In this document: positions 23,678 to 33,377 of the stretch, in pieces
How positions within the stretch are numbered: the first letter of the stretch is position 1
How the letters are laid out: each line of letters opens with the position of its first letter
NCBI GenBank assembly: GCA_945897075.1
Contig: CAMDEX010000003.1
Coordinates: 1,940-65,939 of the forward strand
Reading direction: 5' to 3'
Source of the DNA: Litorilinea aerophila
GTDB lineage: Bacteria; Chloroflexota; Anaerolineae; Caldilineales; Caldilineaceae
Length of the DNA: 64,000 nt
Made by a program: the position numbers and the translations under genes
The notes under the pieces: model-generated
Told to the model about the DNA's origin: nothing
Databases searched by the model: none
Seen by the model: the letters and a program-made list of their open reading frames with translations, nothing else

Positions 23678-24313
23678 ATGACCAGACTTGTCATTGGCCT
23701 CACCGGCAACATTGCAACCGGCAAAAGTACGATTTTGAAATATTTGGCCGAAAAGGGCGCGGCGATTATAGACGCTGACAAGCTGGCCCATCGGGTGATG
23801 GAGCCGGGGGGCGCGGCCTACGAGGCAGTGGTGCGCAGCTTTGGCATCGAGATTCTGAATGAAGACGGTACGATCAACCGCAAGAAACTGGGCGATATCG
23901 TCTTCTCCGACACCTCTGCGCTGGGGCGATTGGAAAAGCTGGTCCACCCCAAAGTCTTTGAGCTGGGCAACCAGGAGATCGAAGCGTCCAAATCTTCTCT
24001 CGTCGTATTGGAAGCCATCAAACTGCTGGAAGCGGGTCTGATGGTTACACTGTGTGATGAGGTTTGGGTGGTCATCTCTAACTTCGCCAATCAGTTGCGC
24101 CGTCTGATCGAGAATCGCAGTATGGATGAGACAAAGGCGGAGCGCATCATCGGCATCCAGCCGCCGCAGGCCGCCAAAGTCAACCAGGCCGACCGGGTGA
24201 TCGAAAACAACGGCGCGCTGGACGAACTCTATGCCCAATTGGACGCGATCTGGGCCGATCTGAGCCATCGGTATCCGCTGCAAATGTCGGCCTTGCAGCC
24301 TGTCACGGAGTAG
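23678..24313 (+). CDS. coaE: dephospho-CoA kinase
   Basis: Start refined to the ATG at 23678 (SD AGGAGAG). IGLTGNIATGKST P-loop, ..IDADKLAH.., LEKLVHPKV. Confidence 0.9.
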   Translation: MTRLVIGLTGNIATGKSTILKYLAEKGAAIIDADKLAHRVMEPGGAAYEAVVRSFGIEILNEDGTINRKKLGDIVFSDTSALGRLEKLVHPKVFELGNQEIEASKSSLVVLEAIKLLEAGLMVTLCDEVWVVISNFANQLRRLIENRSMDETKAERIIGIQPPQAAKVNQADRVIENNGALDELYAQLDAIWADLSHRYPLQMSALQPVTE

Positions 24314-24317
24314 AGGT

Positions 24318-24509
24318 ATGCAGAGTCTCAAACGCTTCTGGAACGAACATCCGGCACTTTCCAACTGGGCGGTGTTGACCGTGGGAATGGTGATCATTCT
24401 CATCTTCAGCGCGCGCCAGGTGGGCTTTGAACCCCGCCAGTGGGCGGCGCTCGTCGGCGCGACAATCGTGCTGGCCGGTCTCTGCGCCTGGATTCTGGGC
24501 TGGGAGTAG
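24318..24509 (+). CDS. small membrane protein (two predicted TM helices)
   Basis: 63 aa, 5 nt after the coaE stop. Hydrophobic segments AVLTVGMVIILIF and LVGATIVLAGLCAWILG. Confidence 0.5.
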   Translation: MQSLKRFWNEHPALSNWAVLTVGMVIILIFSARQVGFEPRQWAALVGATIVLAGLCAWILGWE

Positions 24510-24552
24510 TCCGGCCAAAAAGCGGACGCAGATTTTCATGATTTGAATTGAT

Positions 24553-24787
24553 CTGCGCTGATTCTCGTTTCAAATCTTTGCTCTGCGTCCGCTTTTGATT
24601 GATTGGATAAATCAGCGACTATCAATAACAATCATGAAAATCTGCGTCCACTCTGCTCTTGTACTCGTGCACTGGCCCTGCGCTGATTTTCGTTTCAAAC
24701 CTTTGCTCTGCGTCTGCTTTTGATTGATTGGATAAATCAGCGACTATCAATAAAAATCATGAAAATCTGCGTCCACTCTGCTCTTGT
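24553..24787. repeat. two 110-nt direct repeats (24553-24662 and 24678-24787) upstream of dnaJ
   Basis: Unit ctgcgctgatt.tcgtttcaaa.ctttgctctgcgtc.gcttttgattgattggataaatcagcgactatcaataa.aatcatgaaaatctgcgtccactctgctcttgt, with a 15-nt spacer. 24517-24542 is the reverse complement of the aatcatgaaaatctgcgtcc segment. Confidence 0.85.
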
Positions 24788-24828
24788 GGTCATCCACTGG
24801 CGCTCTTTGATAAATTTCTGAGGAACTG

Positions 24829-25965
24829 ATGGACAAACACGATTACTACGAAACCCTCGGTGTGGAACGCAACGCCGACGACGCTGTGATGAAAAAGGCT
24901 TTCCGCAAGCTGGCCCAGAAATATCACCCGGATGTAAATCCGTCCGCAGAGGCTGAAGCCCAGTTTAAGGAGATCAACGAGGCCTATCAGGTCTTGAGTG
25001 ACCCCCAGAAGCGCGCGGTCTATGACCGCTACGGCCACGCCGGTCTGAGTGCTGCCAGTGGCGCGGCGGGCGCAGGCGGCTTCAACCAGGGCTTTGGCGA
25101 TCTGAGCAGTATCTTTGAGGATATTTTTGGCGGATTTGCCGGGGCAGGCCGGGGGAATAGTGGGCGTCGCTCCCCGCGCCGGGGTGCAGACCTGCGCGTG
25201 GACATCTCGCTCAGCTTCGAGCAGGCCGCCTTTGGCACCGATCGGGAATTGGAAGTGCCGCGTATGGAGGAGTGCGACCGTTGCCGCGCCAGCGGCGCGG
25301 AGCCGGGCAGTTCGCCGGAACGCTGCTCCACCTGTGGCGGTACGGGTGAAGTGCAACGCCGTCAGCAAAGCCCGCTCTTTGGCACAATCGTCACCGCCTC
25401 GCCCTGTCCCCGCTGCAACGGTGAAGGTGAAATTGTCAACTCGCCCTGCGCCAAATGCAGTGGCCAGAAGCGGGTGCGGGTAACGCGCAAAATAAAAGTG
25501 AATGTACCTGCCGGCGTGGACGACGGCACGCGCATCCGTCTGGCCGGCGAAGGCGAGCCGGGTGCTTTAGGCGGCCCTGCCGGCAACCTCTACGTCGTAA
25601 TCTCTGTGGAACCCCACCCGGTCTTTGCCCGCAACGAGTTTGACCTGCACATGGAACTGCCCATCAATATCGCCCAGGCCGCTTTGGGCGCGACGGTGCA
25701 GATTCCCACGTTGGACGGTCACCAGGACAAATTGGAAATTCCCGCGGGCACCCAGACGGGCAAGAGCTTCCGCAAACGGGGGCTGGGCATTCCCCGCCTG
25801 CAGCGCACCGGGCGAGGCGATCTGATCGTCACCGCCCGCATCGTCACCCCCACCGCTCTCAACAGCGAGCAGAAAGAGCTTCTGCGCCGTCTAGCCGAGA
25901 GCTTTGGCGACGAAACAGTCGAACATAAAAAGGGTTTCTTTGACCGCATTTTGGGGACGGACTGA
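24829..25965 (+). CDS. dnaJ: molecular chaperone DnaJ
   Basis: J domain DYYETLGV...[13 protein letters not shown], a G/F-rich region, four CxxCxGxG zinc-finger repeats and a C-terminal client-binding domain. Confidence 0.95.
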   Translation: MDKHDYYETLGVERNADDAVMKKAFRKLAQKYHPDVNPSAEAEAQFKEINEAYQVLSDPQKRAVYDRYGHAGLSAASGAAGAGGFNQGFGDLSSIFEDIFGGFAGAGRGNSGRRSPRRGADLRVDISLSFEQAAFGTDRELEVPRMEECDRCRASGAEPGSSPERCSTCGGTGEVQRRQQSPLFGTIVTASPCPRCNGEGEIVNSPCAKCSGQKRVRVTRKIKVNVPAGVDDGTRIRLAGEGEPGALGGPAGNLYVVISVEPHPVFARNEFDLHMELPINIAQAALGATVQIPTLDGHQDKLEIPAGTQTGKSFRKRGLGIPRLQRTGRGDLIVTARIVTPTALNSEQKELLRRLAESFGDETVEHKKGFFDRILGTD

Positions 25966-25968
25966 AGA

Positions 25969-26072
25969 ATGGGGATTAGGGACTGGGGACTGGGGACTGG
26001 GGACTGGCGATCGGTCAGTCGCATCCCCAGTCCCCAGTCCCCAGTCTCCGATCCCCATTCCCCATTCCCTAA
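25969..26072. repeat. palindromic STR hairpin (GGGGAYT family) between dnaJ and the phosphatase gene
   Basis: ATGGGGATTAGGGACTGGGGACTGGGGACTGGGGACTGGCGATCGG..CATCCCCAGTCCCCAGTCCCCAGTCTCCGATCCCCATTCCCCATTCCC. Confidence 0.9.
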
Positions 26073-26079
26073 TCATCCA

Positions 26080-26832
26080 ATGCCACATCTCTCTTGGGAC
26101 GCTTGCTACAACGCCAGAGACCTGGGCGGTCTGCCCGTCACCGACGGTGGACAGATTCGCCCTGGCGCGCTGATCCGCTCAGACATCCTCTCCCGGCTTA
26201 CCCCCGCAGGCAGGCAGGCACTCATCAATTACGGGGTCAAAACCGTCATTGATCTGCGTATGCCCGAGCAGATCGCCGAAGAGCCATCGGCTTTTGTCGC
26301 CGACCAGCCCAAACCGGGTGAACCGGCCTACCTCATCTTGCCCGTGGAAAATCCCAGCTCCCCCCACTTCGCCACAGTGGACAACGCGTCCAGCCGGGCC
26401 GAGAATTACTGCCTGATGCTGGAACACTTTCAACCGCAGTTTGCTGCCATTGTGCGCGCCGTGGCCGATGCGCCAGCGGGTGGCGTGCTGCTGCACTGTC
26501 ACGCGGGCAGGGATCGCACGGGTGTCGTCATTGTCCTGCTGCTGGGGTTGGTCGGCGTGCCCAATGGGGAGATCACGGCGGATTATGCGGCCAGTGAAGA
26601 ACGGCTCTGGCCCCTCTACCACCGGATGGAAGCAGAGGCAGCGGGTGACCCGGTGAAACTGGCCGCGATTCAACGCCAAAAACCCATTGCGTTGCCGGAG
26701 ACGATGCAGGCTGTGCTGGATCATCTGCAAGCGAGCTACGGCGGTGTGATGAAATATCTGTTGGCCACAGGGCTGAGAGAAACCGAGTTGGCGCGCATCC
26801 AAGACCGGCTGGTGGAGAGGCGCAGCAGATGA
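26080..26832 (+). CDS. protein-tyrosine phosphatase family protein (Y_phosphatase3-like)
   Basis: Start refined to the ATG at 26080; the ORF-track start at 25969 reads through a repeat. CX5R active site HCHAGRDRTG. N-terminus NARDLGG...IRPGALIRSD. Confidence 0.85.
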   Translation: MPHLSWDACYNARDLGGLPVTDGGQIRPGALIRSDILSRLTPAGRQALINYGVKTVIDLRMPEQIAEEPSAFVADQPKPGEPAYLILPVENPSSPHFATVDNASSRAENYCLMLEHFQPQFAAIVRAVADAPAGGVLLHCHAGRDRTGVVIVLLLGLVGVPNGEITADYAASEERLWPLYHRMEAEAAGDPVKLAAIQRQKPIALPETMQAVLDHLQASYGGVMKYLLATGLRETELARIQDRLVERRSR

Positions 26833-26897
26833 CGTACCATTGACGAAGCCCAGCACCACTCCTCGCGCACGATTGAAGAACTCTTTGCCCGCCGCGG

Positions 26898-28091
26898 TCA
26901 GCGGTCCATCGCCTGTCCCCCCACAATCACTGCACGCAACGACAAATCCCCATTCAAAACCAGACAATCCGCGTCTGCGCCCACGCCCAGATGCCCTTTG
27001 CGTTCGGATAAGCCCAAATGATAGGCGGGCGTAGCCGACGCCAACCCAACGGCGCTGTGCAAAGATAGTCCAGCTAGTGTCACCCCGCGGCGCACAGCTT
27101 CCAGCAGTGTGATTGTGCTGCCCGCCAACCAGCGCCCGTCGCGGCCACTGGTGGCGTAGCCCGCGGCGTACACGGTGGCGATGAGTCCGCCGCCGCTGTA
27201 TTCCCCCGGCGGGCAACCGGCGACGGTTGAGGCGTCGGAAGTGAGGAGCAGGCCGTGGGGCGCTTTTAGCCGCGCCAACGGGGCCACCAGCGCGGGGTGG
27301 AAGTGGAAGCCGTCCAGGATGACGCTGCCGGAGAGCCGGTCGTCGGCCAGCAGACTACCCACCAGCCCCGGTTCGCTGCCCCAGAAGCCTTCGGGACGGG
27401 GTGCGCGGTGCGGCCAATCCGAGGCGTTGCCAGCGTGGGTGACGAAGGAGAGACCGGCGTCCGCCGCGGCCTGCATCTGGGCGTAGGTGGCCGCGCTGTG
27501 ACCGGCGGAGACGACAATCCCCTGGCCTGCCAGATTGCGCATGAGTTCGAGGCTGCCGGGCAGTTCCGGGGCGAGGGTGACGATACGTATCTGTCCCCTG
27601 GCCGCAGAGAGAAGGCGGGTCAGCAGCGGGCCATCCGGCAAACGCAACGCGGCGGGGTCGTGCGCGCCCGCCTTTTCCGGGGAGAGAAAGGGGCCTTCCA
27701 AATGGATGCCGGGCAGGGTGGCGACGGGTGAGGAGACGCAGTAATCGGCCAGGACGGAGAGGGAAGCGGTCAGTGTCGTCTCGTCGGCGCTGATGAGGGT
27801 GGGCAGAAAGGTGGTGGTGCCCGCGGCCAGGTGGTGGGCCACAACCGCGTCGAAATGCTGCCGGTGCTGGGACTGGAAGCTCCAGCCCAGCGCGCCGTTG
27901 ACCTGTAGATCCACCAGGCCGGGGATGACGATGGCGTCGCGGGCATCAAAAATCCCGTCACCGCCGGGTGGATGCGGGGGGAGATCGTCCCACGCGCAGA
28001 CCCGGCCAGCGGAGAAGGAGAGTTGCACGCTTTCTACAAACCCGGCAGACGACCAGAGCCGCCCGGCCAGCAGATGGGTGACGGCGTTCAT
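26898..28091 (-). CDS. nagA: N-acetylglucosamine-6-phosphate deacetylase
   Basis: Start refined to the ATG at 28091, overlapping the nagB stop (ATGA). Motifs PGLVDLQVNG, HLEGPFLSPEKAGAH, THAGNA. Confidence 0.9.
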   Translation of the reverse strand: MNAVTHLLAGRLWSSAGFVESVQLSFSAGRVCAWDDLPPHPPGGDGIFDARDAIVIPGLVDLQVNGALGWSFQSQHRQHFDAVVAHHLAAGTTTFLPTLISADETTLTASLSVLADYCVSSPVATLPGIHLEGPFLSPEKAGAHDPAALRLPDGPLLTRLLSAARGQIRIVTLAPELPGSLELMRNLAGQGIVVSAGHSAATYAQMQAAADAGLSFVTHAGNASDWPHRAPRPEGFWGSEPGLVGSLLADDRLSGSVILDGFHFHPALVAPLARLKAPHGLLLTSDASTVAGCPPGEYSGGGLIATVYAAGYATSGRDGRWLAGSTITLLEAVRRGVTLAGLSLHSAVGLASATPAYHLGLSERKGHLGVGADADCLVLNGDLSLRAVIVGGQAMDR

Positions 28092-28873
28092 TGGGCGTGG
28101 CCCTTCAGCAGCCCGGCGGAGGCGCTGTCCAGATAGAGATGGCAGTGGGTGTGGGTGCGCAAGGCGGAGGCAGGGCAGGCCGGGTCTATGCGGCCCGCCA
28201 GTGTACACTGCACAGCCGCGGCTTTGCGCGCATCCGGCACAACGCAGGCGATGACTTTTGCCTCTAAGATGGCCGGGACTGTCATGGAAAGGGCCTGGGG
28301 CGGCACGTCGGCCAAAGAGGGGAAATGGCCTTCGCCCACCTGCTGGCGGCGACAGGCTTCGTCCAACTGCACGATATGCACACCGGCGCTGGTGGCAAAA
28401 TCCGCGGGCGGGTCGTTGAAGGCCAGATGGCCGTTCTCGCCGATGCCCACACAGGCGACGTCAATGGGGGATTCGGCCAGCAGCGCGGCGTAGCGGCGGC
28501 ACTCAGCCACGGGGTCCGGAGCGTCGCCCTGCAGAAGATGGACCGCGCCAAAGGGCAGACGGCTGAAGAGACGTTCCTGCAAATAGCGGCGGAAGCTGGC
28601 CGGGTGGTCGGCGGCGATGCCCACATACTCGTCCAGGTGAAAGGCCGTGACCAGTGACCAGTCGATCCCCGGACTGGCGCAGAGCGCGTCCAGGAAGTCG
28701 TACTGGCTGGCCCCCGTAGCAAAGATCACTCGGCTGCTGCCCCGCTCGGTGATGGCGGCGCGGATGTGTTCGGCCACAAAATCGGCCGCGGCGCGGCTAA
28801 GGGTCGGCTTGTCCGCGTAGATTTCGACGGCTACGCTGTCAACGGCGAAGATGGATAGGGGCTGACTGGGCAT
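28088..28873 (-). CDS. nagB: glucosamine-6-phosphate deaminase
   Basis: Start refined to the ATG at 28873 (MPSQPLSIFAV..); the ORF-track start reads through a repeat element. FATGASQ, FHLDEYVGI, GIGENGHLAFNDP. Confidence 0.9.
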   Translation of the reverse strand: MPSQPLSIFAVDSVAVEIYADKPTLSRAAADFVAEHIRAAITERGSSRVIFATGASQYDFLDALCASPGIDWSLVTAFHLDEYVGIAADHPASFRRYLQERLFSRLPFGAVHLLQGDAPDPVAECRRYAALLAESPIDVACVGIGENGHLAFNDPPADFATSAGVHIVQLDEACRRQQVGEGHFPSLADVPPQALSMTVPAILEAKVIACVVPDARKAAAVQCTLAGRIDPACPASALRTHTHCHLYLDSASAGLLKGHAQ

Positions 28874-28932
28874 GGCGGGGTCTCCGGATGGGTGGAAGGG
28901 TGATTGTCTGGGGGTAGTATACACTGATAACG

Positions 28933-29023
28933 ATGAAAATGGGACGCGGAGCGTCCGCAGAATGTTCCCACGCGGAGCGATGGGAACAAGCAAATCCGCA
29001 AATTCTGTCATCCGTGTTCTATT
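28933..29023. repeat. ~90-nt REP-like element, copy A (upstream of nagB)
   Basis: atgaaaatGGGACGCGGAGCGTCCgcagaatgTTCCCACGCGGAGCGATGGGAAcaagcaaatccgcaaattctgtcatccgtgttctatt. It is the reverse complement of 63019-63116. Confidence 0.85.
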
Positions 29024-29331
29024 TCTTGGACAGATTGCCATCCATCGGCTTTTGCTGTATGATACTTCTTGATGGCTGCCTACGGTCAGCCTTCGCATTT
29101 ATCGTGACGCGACACGCGGTCTTCATTATCTCTTTTATTGCCCTGTGTCGCCGCTTATTTCGTGATTGATTGTTTTAGCCTTTCCAGCACCAGATATGTT
29201 GACCGAACTGACTTTTCTTCTCGCATTCATCTTGTCTTTATCCACAACGCCTACGCTTTGTGCCCTCTTTTCTTTTATTGCACAGACCCAGGCGTTGGCA
29301 TGTATGGCAGAACTTATAGGAGGTCTCATCC

Positions 29332-30432
29332 ATGCGTTGGGATCGCTTTCTGCGTGTGGTGGTGATGCTCATCGCGGCCTGGCTGGGGTGGGAAATTGGC
29401 CGCAGCATTACGAACATCAAAACACTTGAAGAGCTGACACTTGAATCAGCCCAAATTATCGCTCCTTCGATTCTCGTCGGCCTGCTGCTGGGCTACGTCA
29501 TCGCGCCCTGGGTGACTGTGCGCCCGGCGCGCGCCCTGCGCGGTGTGCCGACGATCCAACTGCTGGCGGGCACGGCTGGTCTGGCCATCGGGCTGATGAT
29601 CGCAGCGCTGCTCGCCTATCCCCTCTCCCTGCTCCCCACCCCTTTCGGGACGATTCTGCCCTTCGTCGGTGTGATCGTCTTTGCTTATCTGGCCGTAACG
29701 GTGATGCTGATGCGACAAAAGGAGATTTTTTCCTTCTTTCGCATTGACCGGGAGAGCGAAGGCGAGACGAAAACGGCGGAAGCCGCCCCTGCCGCCGCCA
29801 GCAAACCCCAGCATACGCTGATGCTCCTGGACACGAGTGTCATCATTGACGGGCGCATTGCGGATGTGGCCGAAACCGGCTTTCTGTGGGCGACGCTGGC
29901 CGTGCCCCGCTTTGTGTTGAACGAACTGCAATACATCGCGGATTCGTCCGAGGTGCTGCGCCGCAACCGCGGTCGTCGTGGGCTGGAAATGCTGGATCGG
30001 CTGCAACAGAATACAAACGTGGAGATTGTTTTTCTGGATCAAGACCCCAGCGACGCCAAACAAGTGGACGACAAGCTGATCAGTCTGGGCATGGAATTGA
30101 ACGCGGCGGTTGTCACCAACGACTACAATCTCAACCGGGTGGCGCGCTTACAGGGCGTCACTGTTCTCAACATCAACGAACTGGCCAACGCTGTCAAGTC
30201 GGTTGTCCTGCCTGGCGAAGAGATGGAGATTCGGGTGATCCAGGAGGGCAAAGAGGTCAACCAGGGCGTTGGCTATCTGGAAGACGGCACAATGGTTGTG
30301 GTGGAGAACGGACGCCGCCACCTGAACGAACTGGTGCTGGTGCAGGTGACGAAGGTGTTGCAGACCAACGCCGGACGCCTGATCTTTGCCACGCCAGAGG
30401 TGGAGCCGCGCTCGCGGGCAGGGCAACGATGA
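29332..30432 (+). CDS. PIN/TRAM-domain membrane protein (YacL-like)
   Basis: SD AGGAGG. N-terminal TM helices. PIN domain (LLDTSVIIDGRI...VTNDYNLNRVA). C-terminal TRAM-like barrel (EMEIRVIQEGKEVNQGVGYLEDGTMVVVENG). Confidence 0.85.
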   Translation: MRWDRFLRVVVMLIAAWLGWEIGRSITNIKTLEELTLESAQIIAPSILVGLLLGYVIAPWVTVRPARALRGVPTIQLLAGTAGLAIGLMIAALLAYPLSLLPTPFGTILPFVGVIVFAYLAVTVMLMRQKEIFSFFRIDRESEGETKTAEAAPAAASKPQHTLMLLDTSVIIDGRIADVAETGFLWATLAVPRFVLNELQYIADSSEVLRRNRGRRGLEMLDRLQQNTNVEIVFLDQDPSDAKQVDDKLISLGMELNAAVVTNDYNLNRVARLQGVTVLNINELANAVKSVVLPGEEMEIRVIQEGKEVNQGVGYLEDGTMVVVENGRRHLNELVLVQVTKVLQTNAGRLIFATPEVEPRSRAGQR

Positions 30433-30440
30433 TGAAAAGC

Positions 30441-30523
30441 GGAACGCAGATTGCGCAGAAACCACAGATTTACGCAGATTTTTAATCCGCGTTGATCAGC
30501 CCAATCCGCTAAATCCGCGTTCT
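30441..30523. repeat. imperfect inverted repeat of CGCAGATT / AATCCGCG motifs downstream of the YacL-like gene
   Basis: ggaacgcagattgcgcagaaaccacagatttacgcagatttttaatccgcgttgatcagcccaatccgctaaatccgcgttc. Confidence 0.7.
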
Positions 30524-30676
30524 GTTTTCAGGGCAGCCACACAATCGGGACTTGCGCGGCCGGGAACGCCGCCATCCCTGGCGGCAGCCAGCAGGAGGCT
30601 GGCGTTCCCAGGAGTAACTGCGTAAGTCCTGACAATATCGATAACTGACAAGTGATAGAGCAGACAGGAACGCAGA

Positions 30677-32083
30677 ATGTTGCAGATTTATAGTACACTC
30701 ACACGCCAGACGCAGCCGTTTGTTCCATTGGAAGAGGGCAAAGTTCGCATGTACGTCTGCGGGCCGACGGTCTATGCCGACGCGCACATCGGCCACGCGA
30801 TGAGCGCGATTGTCTTCGATATGATCCGCCGCTACCTGCAATTCCGGGGCTATGCGGTGACATACGTGACCAACTTTACGGATGTGGACGACAAGATCAT
30901 CGTCCGGGCCAACGCGGTGGGGCGCGATCCCTTTGAGTTGGCGAATTTCTATGCCGAGAAGTATCTGGCGCATCTGGCCGATCTCAATGTGATGCCCGCC
31001 GACGAGTACCCGCGGGTGACAAATGAAATTCCCAATATCATCCGGGTCATCGGCGAACTGGGCGAGACGGGTTATGCCTACGAAAACGAGGGCAGCGTCT
31101 ACTTCCGAGTGGAGCGCGACGACGACTACGGCAAGTTGAGCCGACGCACCCAGGAAGCCGCGCTGACAGGAACGCGGGTGGAATCCGACGAGCGCAAGGA
31201 AAACGTGGCCGATTTTGCCCTCTGGAAGGCAGCCAAAGCGGGCGAACCCTCCTGGCCCAGCCCGTGGGGTGATGGGCGGCCCGGCTGGCACATCGAATGC
31301 TCGGCTATGTGCTTGAGCCAACTGGGCGAAAGCATCGACATCCACGGCGGCGGCAACGATCTGATCTTTCCCCACCACGAAAACGAGATCGCCCAGAGCG
31401 AGAGTCTGACCGGCAAGCCCTTTGCCCAGGTCTGGATGCACCACGGCATGTTGCAACTGGCCGGGGAGAAGATGAGCAAATCCCTGGGCAATCTGATTAC
31501 GATTGATGATTTTCTGCGCGCACACTCGCCGGACGCATTGCGCCTGCTCATTTTTTCCGGCCATTACCGCAAGCCGGTGGTCTACAACGATGAAACCATC
31601 GAAAGCGCCGAGCGCAGCATCGCCCGTCTGCGCAGTGCGTTGCGCCCGGCCACGGGCAACGCCAGCGTCGGGGAAGATGCCGACAGCCTGCGCGAAGCCA
31701 CGGAAAACGCCCGGGTTGCCTTCACCGAAGCGATGGACGACGATTTCAACACGGCCAGCGCGCTGGCCGTTCTCTTTGAACTGGTGCGGGCCATCAACAC
31801 AGGCCGCGCCGCCGGGGTGAGCGGGCCATTCTTCGACGTGGCCCAGCGCGCGTTGCGCCAACTCGCCGGTGTGTTGGGGTTGGCCTTGCCCGCAGAGGTG
31901 GCGGGCGGCGATCAGATGACGGCCAAACCGTTCATCGATCTGCTGGTGCAGGTACGGGCCGACCTGCGTGCGGCCAAACAGTGGGCATTATCCGACAAAA
32001 TCCGGGACAGTCTGGGCACGCTTGCAGTGGTGCTGGAAGATGGACCGACCGGCACGACTTGGCGTTATGAGGAGCAGACATGA
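30677..32083 (+). CDS. cysS: cysteine--tRNA ligase
   Basis: HIGH motif (DAHIGHA), KMSKS motif, Zn-binding WHIECS. Confidence 0.95.
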   Translation: MLQIYSTLTRQTQPFVPLEEGKVRMYVCGPTVYADAHIGHAMSAIVFDMIRRYLQFRGYAVTYVTNFTDVDDKIIVRANAVGRDPFELANFYAEKYLAHLADLNVMPADEYPRVTNEIPNIIRVIGELGETGYAYENEGSVYFRVERDDDYGKLSRRTQEAALTGTRVESDERKENVADFALWKAAKAGEPSWPSPWGDGRPGWHIECSAMCLSQLGESIDIHGGGNDLIFPHHENEIAQSESLTGKPFAQVWMHHGMLQLAGEKMSKSLGNLITIDDFLRAHSPDALRLLIFSGHYRKPVVYNDETIESAERSIARLRSALRPATGNASVGEDADSLREATENARVAFTEAMDDDFNTASALAVLFELVRAINTGRAAGVSGPFFDVAQRALRQLAGVLGLALPAEVAGGDQMTAKPFIDLLVQVRADLRAAKQWALSDKIRDSLGTLAVVLEDGPTGTTWRYEEQT

Positions 32084-32826
32084 GTGAACTTTTGACTGGT
32101 AGACAGGCCGTGCGCGAAGCCCTGCGCGCCAACCGGCGGCGCATCTACCGTCTCTGGCTGGCAGGTGAAGAGACGGAAGCGAACACAGGCATCACCGGCG
32201 AGATTATCGCGCTGGCCGAAGCGCGCAACATTCCTGTGAAGGCTGTCAAAGGCCCACTTTTTGACAATCTGACCGAGCAGCGCGTCAATCACCAGGGCGT
32301 AGCGTTGGAGACCGACGGCTACCCTTATGTAAATTTGGACACAATTGTGCGTTCCAAGTCTGGCGCGCTTCTGTTGCTTATCCTCGACCACATCCAGGAC
32401 CCGCAGAATCTGGGCACTCTAATCCGCACGGCCGAGGCGGTGGGTGTGGATGGGCTGCTCCTGCCCGATCGCCGGGCCGCGGGTGTCACCCCGGCGGTAA
32501 GCAACGCCAGCGCGGGCGCGGTGGAACATCTGCGCGTGGCCCAGGTGACGAACCTGAACCGCACGATTGAGGAGCTGAAGAAACAGGGCGTCTGGGTGGT
32601 CGGCCTGGACAGCGGGGACGACGCCGTAGCGCTCGACAAAGCCAATCTGAGCGGTGCCCTGGCTCTGGTGGTGGGCAACGAAAGCAGCGGGCTAAGCCGT
32701 CTGACGCGGGAGAAGTGTGATTTTATCGTCCATCTGCCGATGGTGGGCCAGGTGGAGAGCCTGAACGCGGCGGTGGCGGGGAGTATTGTGTTGTATCAGG
32801 TTTTCACGGGGAGACAAAAGACGTAA
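32080..32826 (+). CDS. rlmB: 23S rRNA (guanosine-2'-O)-methyltransferase RlmB / TrmH-family SpoU methylase
   Basis: ATGA overlap with cysS. SpoU motifs [40 protein letters not shown]. Confidence 0.85.
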   Translation: MSELLTGRQAVREALRANRRRIYRLWLAGEETEANTGITGEIIALAEARNIPVKAVKGPLFDNLTEQRVNHQGVALETDGYPYVNLDTIVRSKSGALLLLILDHIQDPQNLGTLIRTAEAVGVDGLLLPDRRAAGVTPAVSNASAGAVEHLRVAQVTNLNRTIEELKKQGVWVVGLDSGDDAVALDKANLSGALALVVGNESSGLSRLTREKCDFIVHLPMVGQVESLNAAVAGSIVLYQVFTGRQKT

Positions 32827-32861
32827 TGCGTAAGGTGGCAGAGCCACGATTTGCGTGCGAA

Positions 32862-33030
32862 AACGTGAAGACGTGAAGACGTGAAACGTGAAGACGTGAA
32901 ACGTGAAGACGTGAAACGTGAAGACGTGAAACGTGAAGACGTGAAACGTGAAGACGTGAAGACGTGAAACGTGAAGACGTGAAACGTGAAAGTACGTCAC
33001 ATAAACTCACGTTTCACGTTTCACGTTTCA
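32862..33030. repeat. strongly asymmetric palindromic STR hairpin (15-nt super-unit GTGAAGACGTGAAAC)
   Basis: ~130 nt of alternating GTGAAGAC/GTGAAAC units, a short loop (gtacgtcacataaact), and a right arm of CACGTTT x3. Confidence 0.9.
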
Positions 33031-33180
33031 GATGCTTGGCCGACCGACTAACGCTTGTGCGTTAGTTCCTCGCTGGTACGGAGTAAGGTGGTGATGACAC
33101 AGCGTTGCGTGCAAACCAGGCCAGTGAGCGCTGATTGAGTAGCCGTCAGAATCCTACGGATTCTGCGTCTTCGAGGCGTA

Positions 33181-33316
33181 TCGCTTGTACTGAGCCTGTC
33201 GAAGTGAAATCAAGCGAACGGGTCTAACAAGAAATTTCGTCTCTACCCGCTTGGTTTCGATACGGCGGGAAACAGCACCCGCTTATCCTTCACTTCGACA
33301 GGCTCAGTACAAGCGA
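33181..33316. repeat. 136-nt element with 28-bp perfect terminal inverted repeats (MITE-like or a very long hairpin)
   Basis: tcgcttgtactgagcctgtcgaagtgaa (33181-33208) and ttcacttcgacaggctcagtacaagcga (33289-33316) are exact reverse complements with an 80-nt spacer. Confidence 0.85.
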
Positions 33317-33358
33317 CAGGCTCAGGAACCGCTCAACCGGCGCTGGTCTTGCGTCGTT

Positions 33359-33377
33359 ATTCACGTTTCACGTTTCT
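33359..33377. repeat. orphan CACGTTT arm fragment
   Basis: attCACGTTTCACGTTTCtc. Same unit as the right arm ending at 33030, separated from it by ~330 nt. Confidence 0.6.

Noticed and set aside
24510-24828. CIRCE (HrcA) operator upstream of dnaJ.
   Set aside because: I found no TTAGCACTC-N9-GAGTGCTAA-like inverted repeat. The spacer is occupied by the 110-nt direct repeats.
30433-30676. T-box leader upstream of cysS.
   Set aside because: There is no T-box consensus and no specifier-loop/antiterminator arrangement, only repeat-like hairpins.
32692-33010. Repeat-peptide ORFs such as HVSRLHVSRLHVFTFHVFTF (32692-33000, 32804-33010, 23377-23577) and [10 protein letters not shown] / SPIPNPQSP strings (25904-26173, 17237-17428, 58847-59110).
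   Set aside because: They are translations of the short-tandem-repeat hairpins. They have no start context and no flanking non-repeat coding sequence.
32862-33030. Possible CRISPR arrays at the tandem-repeat loci (also 23485-23611, 25969-26072 and others).
   Set aside because: The units are only 7-8 nt, directly abutting with no unique spacers. The second half is the reverse complement of the first. No cas genes are present in the window.
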